A model generated the notes under the pieces. It did no database searches, was not told the origin of the DNA, and saw only the letters and a list, made by a program, of their open reading frames with translations. Made by a program: the position numbers and the translations under genes. From a virus, in the IMG/VR virus record IMGVR_UViG_3300027749_000082, positions 1-64,000 of that record: 64,000 bases of DNA. One strand, given 5' to 3'. This document shows positions 30,080-40,190 of this stretch, one piece after another; within the stretch, counting starts at the first letter, position 1; each line of letters starts with the position of its first letter.

Positions 30080-33000
30080 AATATAAGTGCTCCATCTTGT
30101 GCTGTTAATGATCCCTGTATAGAGCCTGTTACAGCATATGATATTGAAGAGCTATAAAATCCTGTTGTGTTTACTATTTTGTCTGTTTTATAAAACTTTG
30201 CATCATAAAACGTTACAGCGTTATCGTTAATATTAAAGCTATAATCAAATACATAGAACATATTATTACTATCTGTACTGGTATAAGATAACTTATACAT
30301 ATTATTAAACGAATTAAATGTAATAATAGGTTTATCTACCTTAACAATGTTAATATTAAATGTACTAGTTATATAACCTCTTAAACTAAACAATGCTGTA
30401 GCTGTATTCTGGATATCACTTAATAGAGGGAAGACCTGTAATACAGAGTTATCAACTATATCATACCGGTAAATTGTTGGTAGTAAAATTTTAAAGTTAG
30501 ATCCCGATAAACAATTAAATTCAGATTGTAAAATTTGAGCTGGTATTTCTTCTGTCGTTATATAATCATCACCTTCAGTAGCTATGTTATCACCACCATT
30601 TTGTGTTATCTGATTAATAACACAAAAAGTAATTGTTCTATCTTTTTCATTAAAGAATCTATTAGAGAATTTATTAAATGCTGTTGAGGATGTTCTTGTA
30701 AAGTATGTATTTTTCGTAGCAGGTGTAACAAAGGCACCATCTTGATATTTAATTTTATCAAAAATTAAATAACTACTTGTTTCGCATATAATTGTATCAT
30801 ATATAATATCAAAATCTTTAATCTTATTAAACACTTCTGATTGAACAATACTTGTATATTTGTTAAAGGTTGTATTTAAGGAAGATGATAGAGGTAAAGA
30901 TGTAGAATATCTTTGATTTTTAACATATAACTTACCATTTAATTTTCGTTTATAAGCTTGGGTTTTAAGTATATTATCACCCGTTATTGTACTTATAATA
31001 GTTAAACTATTATTTGCTACAGTATTATAATATGTATAATTATCACCGTAGTTGTTATCATTAGTAAGAACACCTTGATCGTCTGTAAAGTACCCACAAT
31101 CATAATCTTTAAATAATATTTGTGGAGCAGATTGCACAGCACTTAAAATATATTTTGCATTTAAAGTAAAATCAGAGTAACTAGTTGTAGGTGAACGATA
31201 ACCTCTTTGTATATATGGTGAAAATTGACTTATTCCTCCGTCAATTAAGGACTCGTAGTAATAAGGACTAGGGGATGGGTAGTAAATTATATCATCTGCA
31301 GCAACCGGATCTGGTAGAGGTGTATTATTTTGAAAAGTAAACCCACCCGCATCTTTAAAGGTATATATTACATTACGTGAAGTTGTAGCAACTTCTTGAT
31401 ATGGTGCAAACTCTCTGAAAAAGAGTGTATATGGACTACCAGAAAGAGTAAATCTTGATGCAGAAAGAGTAGGTGTTGGTTTGTTTACTGTAAGAGCAGT
31501 TAATCCAGAACGTATAGAACCATTACTCTGTATACCTGTAATAGCATAATTAAATGTATAACCTTCGTAGCTATCAAAAAAGCTATAACCATCAAGCGTT
31601 AAATCGAGTATAGTTGATGTAGTACCTAAATCTTCAATTGACTTAAAGGTATGACCTAACTCGTCTTTAAATAAAGCATACTCATTACCATAGACATCGT
31701 ATTGAACTTTAGTTATATATCCTTTATTATATAAGTCACTAAAATTTAAATTTAAACTATCTTCACTTACTATATTTTTTTCTGTATTTTGTTGTTTAGT
31801 GTAATACGGTGTAAAGGTTTGTTCGTAATTACTAATTTTAGGATCACCACTAGCAAATCCAGACGTATTATTTTTTACATCTTTAGAATAGTCATGAATA
31901 AAGACGAGAGGGTAATTCGGTTGCTTGTTAATTGATACATTACCATATACATTAGGGTCTGGAAAAATATAGACTTTGTTTGGTTCAAGCTTTGTTTTAT
32001 CAATAGTATATGTATAATTACTTGTATTAAGTTTAAATATACCTTGCGTATCTGGCTTAAAGAATAACCCTAAATCACGCAATAGTTTTAACTCTGTAGA
32101 TGCTTCAACTGTTGCTGTATCAGCGGTTTGCAGATTTAAAATATTAGATGTTGGATTTTGTGCAACAATAAATCTATCATATATATTAGCCCCGTTAACT
32201 GTTGAGTAATAATAAAAGTCAACACCAATATACTTACTAATTAATTGTTTCTTGAGATAATCTATATCTGCTGTTGTAAGTCCACAAACTGTATTAGCAT
32301 TTATAAGTGTTAGTGGATCAGAAGGATTACATATAGGATCTGTTGTTACAGCAAAATTAACTGCTAGTGGCAACTCAGCTAAGAATGTTGTTGATTTAAA
32401 GACTTGTTGGGGTAATACTTCCTTAAAGAATAAATTAATATCTATATCATTAGTATTTGCTGTATACTCTTTTTTTCTAAGAGGAGAAACTTCACTATTT
32501 GTTCTAGGTAAATCAAAATAATTACCATATACATCAACAAATTCTTCTAAATCTATTTTCATTTCATTAACTACAGTAGATAATGAAAGGTTTAAAGTAC
32601 TAAATTGTGGTTGCTCATCTGCAGAAACTATATAATTATAGATCTTTTCAAAGATTGCTTTTTCAATAGACAGAGAACTACCTTTAATTTTAGATTTATC
32701 TACAACATATTTTGTCTCTTCTCTTTTTTCCTTATAAAATATTATAATCTGCCTTATTTTTTCAACATAAAGCGGTATAGCTATATCTAAATCAACAGGA
32801 TCAGTAAGATCAAGTGTAGACATAAATCTTAATTCCTGCTGTGTTGAATAATTTAAAATTAAAGTCTTAAGAAACTCCACATAAAGATCAACAAAATTTA
32901 CACTTACTCCTATAGTATTGATACTATTTTTTATATCAGCCCACTGCTTTAAATAAAATAAGTAAAAGTTATTATACTCTTCAGGAGTGTAGTCGACATT

Positions 33001-33120
33001 AGTATTTTTTATAAAATCTAAAAACGAGAGAGGTTGAGTGTTATCAATTGTTGTAGTAGAATTACTATTTGTAATAGAATTCGATACAATACTAACACTA
33101 AACGAATTTTTACTGATCAT
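30076..33120 (-). CDS. large baseplate-associated structural protein
   Basis: 1014-aa ORF in the baseplate cluster with an ATAAATA box upstream. Confidence 0.55.
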   Translation of the reverse strand: MISKNSFSVSIVSNSITNSNSTTTIDNTQPLSFLDFIKNTNVDYTPEEYNNFYLFYLKQWADIKNSINTIGVSVNFVDLYVEFLKTLILNYSTQQELRFMSTLDLTDPVDLDIAIPLYVEKIRQIIIFYKEKREETKYVVDKSKIKGSSLSIEKAIFEKIYNYIVSADEQPQFSTLNLSLSTVVNEMKIDLEEFVDVYGNYFDLPRTNSEVSPLRKKEYTANTNDIDINLFFKEVLPQQVFKSTTFLAELPLAVNFAVTTDPICNPSDPLTLINANTVCGLTTADIDYLKKQLISKYIGVDFYYYSTVNGANIYDRFIVAQNPTSNILNLQTADTATVEASTELKLLRDLGLFFKPDTQGIFKLNTSNYTYTIDKTKLEPNKVYIFPDPNVYGNVSINKQPNYPLVFIHDYSKDVKNNTSGFASGDPKISNYEQTFTPYYTKQQNTEKNIVSEDSLNLNFSDLYNKGYITKVQYDVYGNEYALFKDELGHTFKSIEDLGTTSTILDLTLDGYSFFDSYEGYTFNYAITGIQSNGSIRSGLTALTVNKPTPTLSASRFTLSGSPYTLFFREFAPYQEVATTSRNVIYTFKDAGGFTFQNNTPLPDPVAADDIIYYPSPSPYYYESLIDGGISQFSPYIQRGYRSPTTSYSDFTLNAKYILSAVQSAPQILFKDYDCGYFTDDQGVLTNDNNYGDNYTYYNTVANNSLTIISTITGDNILKTQAYKRKLNGKLYVKNQRYSTSLPLSSSLNTTFNKYTSIVQSEVFNKIKDFDIIYDTIICETSSYLIFDKIKYQDGAFVTPATKNTYFTRTSSTAFNKFSNRFFNEKDRTITFCVINQITQNGGDNIATEGDDYITTEEIPAQILQSEFNCLSGSNFKILLPTIYRYDIVDNSVLQVFPLLSDIQNTATALFSLRGYITSTFNINIVKVDKPIITFNSFNNMYKLSYTSTDSNNMFYVFDYSFNINDNAVTFYDAKFYKTDKIVNTTGFYSSSISYAVTGSIQGSLTAQDGALIL

Positions 33121-33134
33121 TCAATTATATTTAT

Positions 33135-35249
33135 TTAATTAAAGAGATTCAGTCCAGTGTATAATTGATTAGAAAGAATATTAGAAATAATCCCACCTGG
33201 TTGAGACCAATCTTCGTAAGAACTAATATTATTACTAAGGGTATTTGTAATATCGTTATAGTTTATAGTATTATTAGTTATTGTACCGTTAATAGTAGGG
33301 TTATGCTCATAAAAAAGATAATACTTACTAAGATCAACAACTGTTGCTCCTTCAGGTGTTACTAATCCCCAACCCCAAGTACTATTATAACTGCTTAGTT
33401 TATAAGTTCTAAGCGTATTATTAATTACAGTTGCACTTAAAGATGCTACGAAAGGCAAATATGTATTTAACCGTTTAAATACACCACTATACTTTTCAAA
33501 TGCTACAATATCAACCCCTGCTGTTATAGTATAATTAAGTGTTGATATTTCATTACCTAAATTAGAACCGTATATCTCACTATCTTGATAACCGTATGTT
33601 TTAAAATCATAATTATATAAGTCAGCAAAACCTTTTAGTCTATTAAAGTTTATTGAAAGTAAATCAACAAGTCTTCCTATATCTGCTGGGTAGAGATAAT
33701 TAGAACTATCATATTGAATATTATCATTACTACCTACCATCTTAATTAAAGATACTAAGCTTTGTATACCAGCATAATCTAATGTAGAGTTATTATCAAC
33801 GAAGTTTTGAATTTTTTCGTATGTTCGTTTACCTAATGTATCACCAATCGGTGAGGATAGATTACCAACAATACTACCCATAAAATCATCAAAGAGTATA
33901 GGATTGTCTAAAAATAATGGCTGCATAGCAATATCTTTGAATTGCTGTGTCATATCAATATCTTCCCCTTTCTTAGCTACATTATAATAGTTTTTTGAGT
34001 ATAGATTGAAGGTATTAGAGACACTAGTATTAGATCCACCTATTAATATATAAACATTTTTAAAAGCGTATGGTGCATAATATACATTACTACCAATTGT
34101 TATGGATGGTTGGCTAAGATCTACATAAATTGAACCTTTATAAAAATTACCGCTAATTAATGAAGATAGCGGTCCAAAGTTATTAATAATAGTTGTATAT
34201 TCGCCTAGATTATCTCCATTACTTAGAACTATAGTAGCATCTAAATCATCATTAATTAAAAGTGGTCCTGTTTTGTTTGTAAAATTGTTTGTATCTTTTA
34301 CTTTAACCACAAAACCTATTTTTGTATTGCCGAATTTATTATTACCTATTGGAAAAAGATTTGAAGTTTGACCTTCACTAGTTATACCGTTAGCATTTAT
34401 AGAGTAGTGGTCGTAACTTGTATTGGCTACTATAATAGCACTCATACCTACAGTTGATGTGTTAGCAAATTCTAACAATTCACCAGGTTGATAACCAAAA
34501 AATAGATTTACTTGTGATTTAGGTACATCGCTCTTAAAATATACATCTTGATAACCTGTTATACCGCAGAAAAATGCGTGGGTATCAGAAACATCTGTAT
34601 ATACTATATTAGTACCTGATAACTTACAGTAAAGCGGTGTAGTTGTTGTTTGAAAAGAAGATATTTCAAAAAAATCTGTTATACCGTTTAGACCAACTTC
34701 TTTAAGGTAAAAGGAAGAATATGGTTGTAAGTGACCATAAGCTTGTTTATCTAAACCTAATTCAAAATAATTATCATCACACCCGGAGCAAAAAGCTACA
34801 ATTGTCTTATTATCTGTAGCATCAACTAAGTGTTGATAAGAAACAGAATTAGTAATGTGTATAGGTGATAATAATTGCCCGGAAATTAAAGTATAATTTA
34901 TAGGGGTACTAACTTGTAAATTAATACTATTAGGTACAAAATCATACACATCCACCATTTGGAAGTAACTATTTACATAACACTGACCATCACCTGTATA
35001 TAAAGAACACGTAACTTTATAATTACCAGCAGTTGTATATGCATGGTTAGCAGTAACTGCCTCCATAATTGAACCATCCCCAAAATCCCAAACAACCCGG
35101 TGCGTAGAAAATATATGATCTGTTGTTTCTAATCTAGGTATAAAAGTAAAGGTGGCAAATGGCAGCGTATAACTCAGTGTATTTAGTACTCCTGTATAGT
35201 TATAAGTGTCAAAATAAGCGTAAACAGTATTAATATTACTCATCTTCAA
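33135..35249 (-). CDS. PKD-domain baseplate protein (gp7-like position)
   Basis: VWDFGDGS...HAYTTAGNYKVT, immediately downstream of gp6. Confidence 0.65.
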   Translation of the reverse strand: MKMSNINTVYAYFDTYNYTGVLNTLSYTLPFATFTFIPRLETTDHIFSTHRVVWDFGDGSIMEAVTANHAYTTAGNYKVTCSLYTGDGQCYVNSYFQMVDVYDFVPNSINLQVSTPINYTLISGQLLSPIHITNSVSYQHLVDATDNKTIVAFCSGCDDNYFELGLDKQAYGHLQPYSSFYLKEVGLNGITDFFEISSFQTTTTPLYCKLSGTNIVYTDVSDTHAFFCGITGYQDVYFKSDVPKSQVNLFFGYQPGELLEFANTSTVGMSAIIVANTSYDHYSINANGITSEGQTSNLFPIGNNKFGNTKIGFVVKVKDTNNFTNKTGPLLINDDLDATIVLSNGDNLGEYTTIINNFGPLSSLISGNFYKGSIYVDLSQPSITIGSNVYYAPYAFKNVYILIGGSNTSVSNTFNLYSKNYYNVAKKGEDIDMTQQFKDIAMQPLFLDNPILFDDFMGSIVGNLSSPIGDTLGKRTYEKIQNFVDNNSTLDYAGIQSLVSLIKMVGSNDNIQYDSSNYLYPADIGRLVDLLSINFNRLKGFADLYNYDFKTYGYQDSEIYGSNLGNEISTLNYTITAGVDIVAFEKYSGVFKRLNTYLPFVASLSATVINNTLRTYKLSSYNSTWGWGLVTPEGATVVDLSKYYLFYEHNPTINGTITNNTINYNDITNTLSNNISSYEDWSQPGGIISNILSNQLYTGLNLFN

Positions 35250-37041
35250 TAATTATTTTATTAGTAAGGTTAGATATTTCGTAAAAATACGCGTACATAA
35301 AGCTTTCTAACGTATAATTTTGCGATACAAAAGTTACATCATCTGTTTCATATAATGGATTCCATACTACATAATTAATTTGTGAAGATTCATACCCTGT
35401 ATCAACACGTCTAGTAAGGATTCGCTTAACACCAATAATATTGAGTATATCGTTTGTTATTTGATTAAGATTAATAGTATCACCTAACTGTATATTAGAA
35501 AAATATGTATTAAATATACTTAAGATCTGACCTTTTAAAGAGGCACTATTAACCCGGGTATTAATATCACGCTTTATTACAAGATATGTATGATCTTTTA
35601 ACGCTACCGATTCTAACTCTCCTGCAACTTGTAATCCAAAGCTAAAAGCTTTATAAACAGGATCCATACACACTATTGATTGTGTAATATCTTTCTTTAA
35701 ATTACACTCATTAGTTAATAACTGCTTTTGAGAAGCATTTAAGTAGTTTGGTGTACGTTCATTTAATATAGTTGATATTTTAGGTACAGTAAACACATAT
35801 ACACTATTAAAGTTTGTTGATGGTGCAAAGAACACCTGATTAAACAATACTCTACAATCTTCATTAGGTCTATTAAGTCCTATTTTATAAAAATATGCAA
35901 GATAGTTTGTTGTAAATTCTTCATTAGACAGAATATTTACAGACTTAATAATATTATTATAGTTTTTAGCAATAAAAGCTTTGTAATCACCTTGAGTTAC
36001 TAATCTATCTTGTGTAGTAAACATTTTAGGTGCATTTTGCTTTATCTGATCTACAGTTTCAGCATCAGCAATAGGAGATGACTTACTGCTATTATTAGGA
36101 AATAAGTGTGGTAGATCGGTACCTACTACTAATCTAGTACCACTATCATAAAGGTACTGTGATATATCAATAAATGATGCTGAACTATATAAATTAATTT
36201 TTTGCTTGTTAAGAACACCAGCACTTATCTCACCAGTAGCACCATCTGATAAAACGTAAAATATTTTTACTTGCTCACCTATTTGAGGCGCTTTACCTGT
36301 AACACCATTACCAAATTTAAATTCGTAATTACCGTTTTCGTTTAATCGTTTTTCATACCTTCTTGCATCAGATGATTCAAGATATAGTGATGATGTTTCT
36401 TTCCATTCGTACCACTTGCTATCATTATTGCTAAGTATAAAGACAGAAAAACTATTATCTGCTATAAAGCTCGTGCCATTAACACCTACTGTATTAACAA
36501 GTATATATGTCTCAAAAGTTTCACCTGTACTAATATATGTTGGAGCTTCAATAATAGATCCCTGCATTAGTGTACTATTATTAATATATAAAGTTTCTGT
36601 ATTAGTTGTTGTTTTTTCAAACGAAATATCAGATATTAGTGTATAAGGTATACCGTTTGCATTAATAAAAGAAAAGCGAGGTAATAAATAACTACTTTGC
36701 GCAAGACCGCTATCTGCAGATAAGCTCAAAGTAACAAGAGATGTTTGTTGTCCTAGTGGCTTATAACCAAGTAGAGAGACAAGCTTATTAACATTTTCAT
36801 AGAGTGATGCTGTGGTAAAATTACTTTCAGTTGATGTACTATTTAAATAAAATAGTAATACATGATACATATAAGCCACAACATCAATAAAAGCATTAAT
36901 ATTAGAACCTTCAAAGTTTTGATCTCTAAAAACTTGGCTTTCATTTAATCTAGCTATGATTAAGTTCTTAAGAGTTTCAGCCTCAAACGCTGTGTAAGCG
37001 TCTTTAGGTAAGTTAAATTCTGTAAAGTTATTAATATTCAT
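35236..37041 (-). CDS. 6: baseplate wedge subunit (T4 gp6-like)
   Basis: FRDQNFEGSNI..FIDVVAY, SLLGYKP, FGNGVTGKAP and ETVDQIKQNAP...QDRLVT. Confidence 0.88.
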   Translation of the reverse strand: MNINNFTEFNLPKDAYTAFEAETLKNLIIARLNESQVFRDQNFEGSNINAFIDVVAYMYHVLLFYLNSTSTESNFTTASLYENVNKLVSLLGYKPLGQQTSLVTLSLSADSGLAQSSYLLPRFSFINANGIPYTLISDISFEKTTTNTETLYINNSTLMQGSIIEAPTYISTGETFETYILVNTVGVNGTSFIADNSFSVFILSNNDSKWYEWKETSSLYLESSDARRYEKRLNENGNYEFKFGNGVTGKAPQIGEQVKIFYVLSDGATGEISAGVLNKQKINLYSSASFIDISQYLYDSGTRLVVGTDLPHLFPNNSSKSSPIADAETVDQIKQNAPKMFTTQDRLVTQGDYKAFIAKNYNNIIKSVNILSNEEFTTNYLAYFYKIGLNRPNEDCRVLFNQVFFAPSTNFNSVYVFTVPKISTILNERTPNYLNASQKQLLTNECNLKKDITQSIVCMDPVYKAFSFGLQVAGELESVALKDHTYLVIKRDINTRVNSASLKGQILSIFNTYFSNIQLGDTINLNQITNDILNIIGVKRILTRRVDTGYESSQINYVVWNPLYETDDVTFVSQNYTLESFMYAYFYEISNLTNKIIIEDE

Positions 37042-37523
37042 ACGAAAGTGTAGCCATCAGTATTTAAGACACCCTTTAAGCTTAGCCCCTGTATATTGAG
37101 CGACGGTATAGATAAACTTATAGTTATATTATATTGCTGTTCATCAATATTAGCGAGTACTTCTAACATATCAATTTGAACACGTGGCTCAAAGCTTGTC
37201 AACCCCTCATGTAGGTCGGTACCCAGAAAAAAGGCACGACTTTCTGATATTGTCTCAAATAAATACCCTCGTAAATCTAATCCAAACTTAGGATTAAGTA
37301 GCTTCTCACCGGGTGATGTTGTAAGAATATTTTTAATAGCATTAATTACAGACCCACTATCATAAATTGGCTTTAAATCATTTTTTTCACTAGTTTTATG
37401 CAACTGTGGATTATCTGTAAATTGAGGTATTAAGTCAAAACCAATATCCTTATATAGATATCCATCGTTAACAGATGTATCTAAAGGAGTTACGGGTCTC
37501 TGAACGTTTAACTTAATTGCCAT
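37038..37523 (-). CDS. 25: baseplate wedge subunit (T4 gp25-like)
   Basis: AIKNILTTSPGEKLLNPKFG..L..YLFE and FEPRV. Confidence 0.88.
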   Translation of the reverse strand: MAIKLNVQRPVTPLDTSVNDGYLYKDIGFDLIPQFTDNPQLHKTSEKNDLKPIYDSGSVINAIKNILTTSPGEKLLNPKFGLDLRGYLFETISESRAFFLGTDLHEGLTSFEPRVQIDMLEVLANIDEQQYNITISLSIPSLNIQGLSLKGVLNTDGYTFV

Positions 37524-37698
37524 ATTGTTGTATTAACTGTTCGTAAGTTTCAGTAAAAGTTTCTTTTTTTTCTTCATCTTCTGCATTTATACGAAGAGCT
37601 ACTAAGTACTTTTTTGCTTTTTCGATAGAGTCAGAACAGCCTACCTTTTTACCTGTTTTTTTCAAATAAACACACTTACCAACTCTTTTATAAGGCAT
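37513..37698 (-). CDS. small basic hypothetical protein
   Basis: MPYKRVGKCVY... start 5 nt after TTAAATA. Confidence 0.55.
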   Translation of the reverse strand: MPYKRVGKCVYLKKTGKKVGCSDSIEKAKKYLVALRINAEDEEKKETFTETYEQLIQQYGN

Positions 37699-37744
37699 AT
37701 CATTATTTAATGTCGAAATATTTAATCCGAGCATAAATAGATAT

Positions 37745-38329
37745 ATGGCAAAAAAGTATTTAATGCTCGTCGAAGACTATATGAAGCGATTTGAACGTGG
37801 TGGATTCCTCGTAGGTGACATCTTTGAATTTAATAAGAATTTTAAAACAGAAGATGAGTATAAGAGTCTCGGTCAAAACGTAAAAGACATGATCGACGAA
37901 ATGCTTGATTCAGGATTAAACATCCGTGTTGTTGGTATTAAAGACAATACAGGTGCAAGATTTCCTGGTAGTAATCAATCTTCATCTAATGATGTTGAAT
38001 TATCATTAGCATTAGATAACACAGGTGGTAGATTTACGCATTATGTATCTGTTTCACCTAGCTTAGGTCAACCTGGCGACTCTGGTTATCCAGGACTTAC
38101 ACCAATACCTGATGAAGTTAAGCGAAAGGATAAAGTTAACATTAAACCAAAAGAAATGGAAAAGAGTAACAATAACTCTAACAAGTCTGATAGAGGTGAT
38201 GGTAAATTATCCGATACAGAAAGAACTTTAACATGTAAAAATACAGTTCTACCACATAAATCTACCTCACCTTCTCCAGCTGTAGCTTCACAGACACACC
38301 ATTACTTGAAGGATTTAGCTAAAGCTTAA
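37745..38329 (+). CDS. hypothetical late protein
   Basis: 194-aa ORF with CATAAATA (37732-37739) 5 nt upstream. Confidence 0.6.
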   Translation: MAKKYLMLVEDYMKRFERGGFLVGDIFEFNKNFKTEDEYKSLGQNVKDMIDEMLDSGLNIRVVGIKDNTGARFPGSNQSSSNDVELSLALDNTGGRFTHYVSVSPSLGQPGDSGYPGLTPIPDEVKRKDKVNIKPKEMEKSNNNSNKSDRGDGKLSDTERTLTCKNTVLPHKSTSPSPAVASQTHHYLKDLAKA

Positions 38330-39258
38330 GCGATACGCTCAAGCATAATCCAACAAGCAAAAGAACAAATTTCTTTGTCTAAGACAAAGACAATTTTATA
38401 GAGATGATCAGCAATAACCGCTATCATCTCTTTCTTTTTGTTATCAGCTACAGGCGCTGTATAGATATAGTTAAGAAAACTACGAAGTAAGCTATCATAG
38501 TCGTTATAAAACCTATCTTCATTCTCAATAAGGTACTTTCTCAACGAAATCGTGTCTTTTTCTTTGATCTTCGTGAAGATAGTATCAAGAAGCTCGGTAT
38601 CAACGCTAATATTAGTAATACAGAGGACGTTGTGAATACAGTTCTTTTGAATTTCATTAATTGTTTTTCTTAAATCGGGGAAATTAGCTCTTACAAGTTC
38701 TACAAACTTTTTCTTTTGAATATCATCTACTTCTATACTCTCTAACTTGAGAATATTGTAACATCTCTTAACAGCATCCTCAATAGTAGGTTTAATATCA
38801 AGAGACTGACATCTAGACTGCAAAGCAGGTATAATCTTATGTTTATGGTTAGCAGTAAGTATAAATCGTGTATACTTAGCAAATGACTCCATAGTATTAC
38901 GTAGAGCTGCTTGTGCGTTAGCTGTTAGGAAATCCGACTCATCTAAGACAACAACCTTAACCTTACCATCAAACGATTTAGTTTGTGAGAAATTAGTTAC
39001 TTTATGACGAATAGTATCAATACCAGTTTCATCAGAGGCGTTAATATATAAAAAATCGCAACCGAGAATTTCATTTACAATAATACGAGCTGCTGTAGTT
39101 TTACCAGTACCGGGAGTACCCACAAATAGTAAATTAGGAATCTCATCTTTAAAACTACCTATAATATCTCGATTTCTATCAGAAAGAATTAAATCATCGA
39201 GCTTAGTTGGTCTATACTTTTCACACCATAGTGCGTTTAAATTTAGCGTTGTACTCAT
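38326..39258 (-). CDS. 44: clamp loader AAA+ subunit (T4 gp44 / RFC small subunit)
   Basis: WCEKYRP, GTPGTGKTT, INASDETG, LDESD and LQSRC. Confidence 0.93.
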   Translation of the reverse strand: MSTTLNLNALWCEKYRPTKLDDLILSDRNRDIIGSFKDEIPNLLFVGTPGTGKTTAARIIVNEILGCDFLYINASDETGIDTIRHKVTNFSQTKSFDGKVKVVVLDESDFLTANAQAALRNTMESFAKYTRFILTANHKHKIIPALQSRCQSLDIKPTIEDAVKRCYNILKLESIEVDDIQKKKFVELVRANFPDLRKTINEIQKNCIHNVLCITNISVDTELLDTIFTKIKEKDTISLRKYLIENEDRFYNDYDSLLRSFLNYIYTAPVADNKKKEMIAVIADHLYKIVFVLDKEICSFACWIMLERIA

Positions 39259-39264
39259 ATTATA

Positions 39265-39696
39265 TTAGTTACCAGAAGAGCCAAAGCCCTTATCACCTCT
39301 AATACTATCCTCAATCTCACCCTCTTCAATCAAAGTATTGTAATTTTTATATACTACAAACTGTGCAATTCGATCTCCTGCTTTAACCTCATAGTCTATA
39401 TCTGTGTTATTAATAAGCTTAATACCACAATTTCCACGATATTGCTCATCAACTACACCTTGAAACGCTGTGATTCCTTTTGCAAATCCCATACCGCTTC
39501 TGCTTTGGATCTGAAACCAAAACCCCGGTGTAATATAAGCAAGAGTAAGACCTACATCAACAACAGCACTACCACGTGCTGGAATTACCTTGTTTTCCAC
39601 TGCTGACACATCGTATCCCGTATCGGAAGCATTATTCTTAGTAGGTAGCTTAGCATCTTGGTGAACACGCTTAAAACGTAATATAACATCATTCAT
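39265..39696 (-). CDS. dut: trimeric dUTPase
   Basis: GYDV, SRSG, GVVDEQYRG, GDRIAQ and RGDKGFGSSG motifs. Confidence 0.95.
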   Translation of the reverse strand: MNDVILRFKRVHQDAKLPTKNNASDTGYDVSAVENKVIPARGSAVVDVGLTLAYITPGFWFQIQSRSGMGFAKGITAFQGVVDEQYRGNCGIKLINNTDIDYEVKAGDRIAQFVVYKNYNTLIEEGEIEDSIRGDKGFGSSGN

Positions 39697-39702
39697 ACTA
39701 TG

Positions 39703-39730
39703 ATTATAACCATTGATAAACCTAAATCAA
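39703..39730 (-). promoter_or_regulatory. sigma70-like promoter TTGATT-N16-TATAAT for dut and gene 44
   Basis: Consensus -10 box ending 6 nt before ATG 39696. Confidence 0.65.
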
Positions 39731-39746
39731 GATTAAATACATAATA

Positions 39747-40190
39747 ATGGAAGAAAATCTAGACAATATTGTAGGTGATATAATTACACAATTAAAAGGT
39801 ACTACAGCATTGGCTAGAAAAGAGCCGGAGGATGAGCTAACAAAAGAAAAATTAGAGGAATTTATTATTAAAAACTCTGGCAGACTTATTAATAAGTCAC
39901 TTAATATAATTGATGAGGTTCAAGCTTATATTTCTTCAGCACCTGATGCTAAAGATGTAGCTGCTTTTGCTGAATTACTTAAAGCATCTTCTGCTAGTAT
40001 GGAATCACTTAATAAGATCTATATTTCACTTGAGAAGAACAAGACTACAAAGGATATTAAGCAGATGGACCTTGATTCGAGGGAAAAGATTAATACTCAG
40101 GATAATATAACACACCTTTTATCTCGTAAAGAGATCATGAAAGAGTTAATGAATAAAGCTGATAAGGCTGATACTACTATTACGGTGTAA
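39747..40190 (+). CDS. probable terminase small subunit (T4 gp16-like)
   Basis: Helical 147-aa protein. AAFAELLKA...LNKI...TQDN...SRKEIMKEL resembles the gp16 coiled coil and C-terminus. Late box upstream. Confidence 0.45.
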   Translation: MEENLDNIVGDIITQLKGTTALARKEPEDELTKEKLEEFIIKNSGRLINKSLNIIDEVQAYISSAPDAKDVAAFAELLKASSASMESLNKIYISLEKNKTTKDIKQMDLDSREKINTQDNITHLLSRKEIMKELMNKADKADTTITV

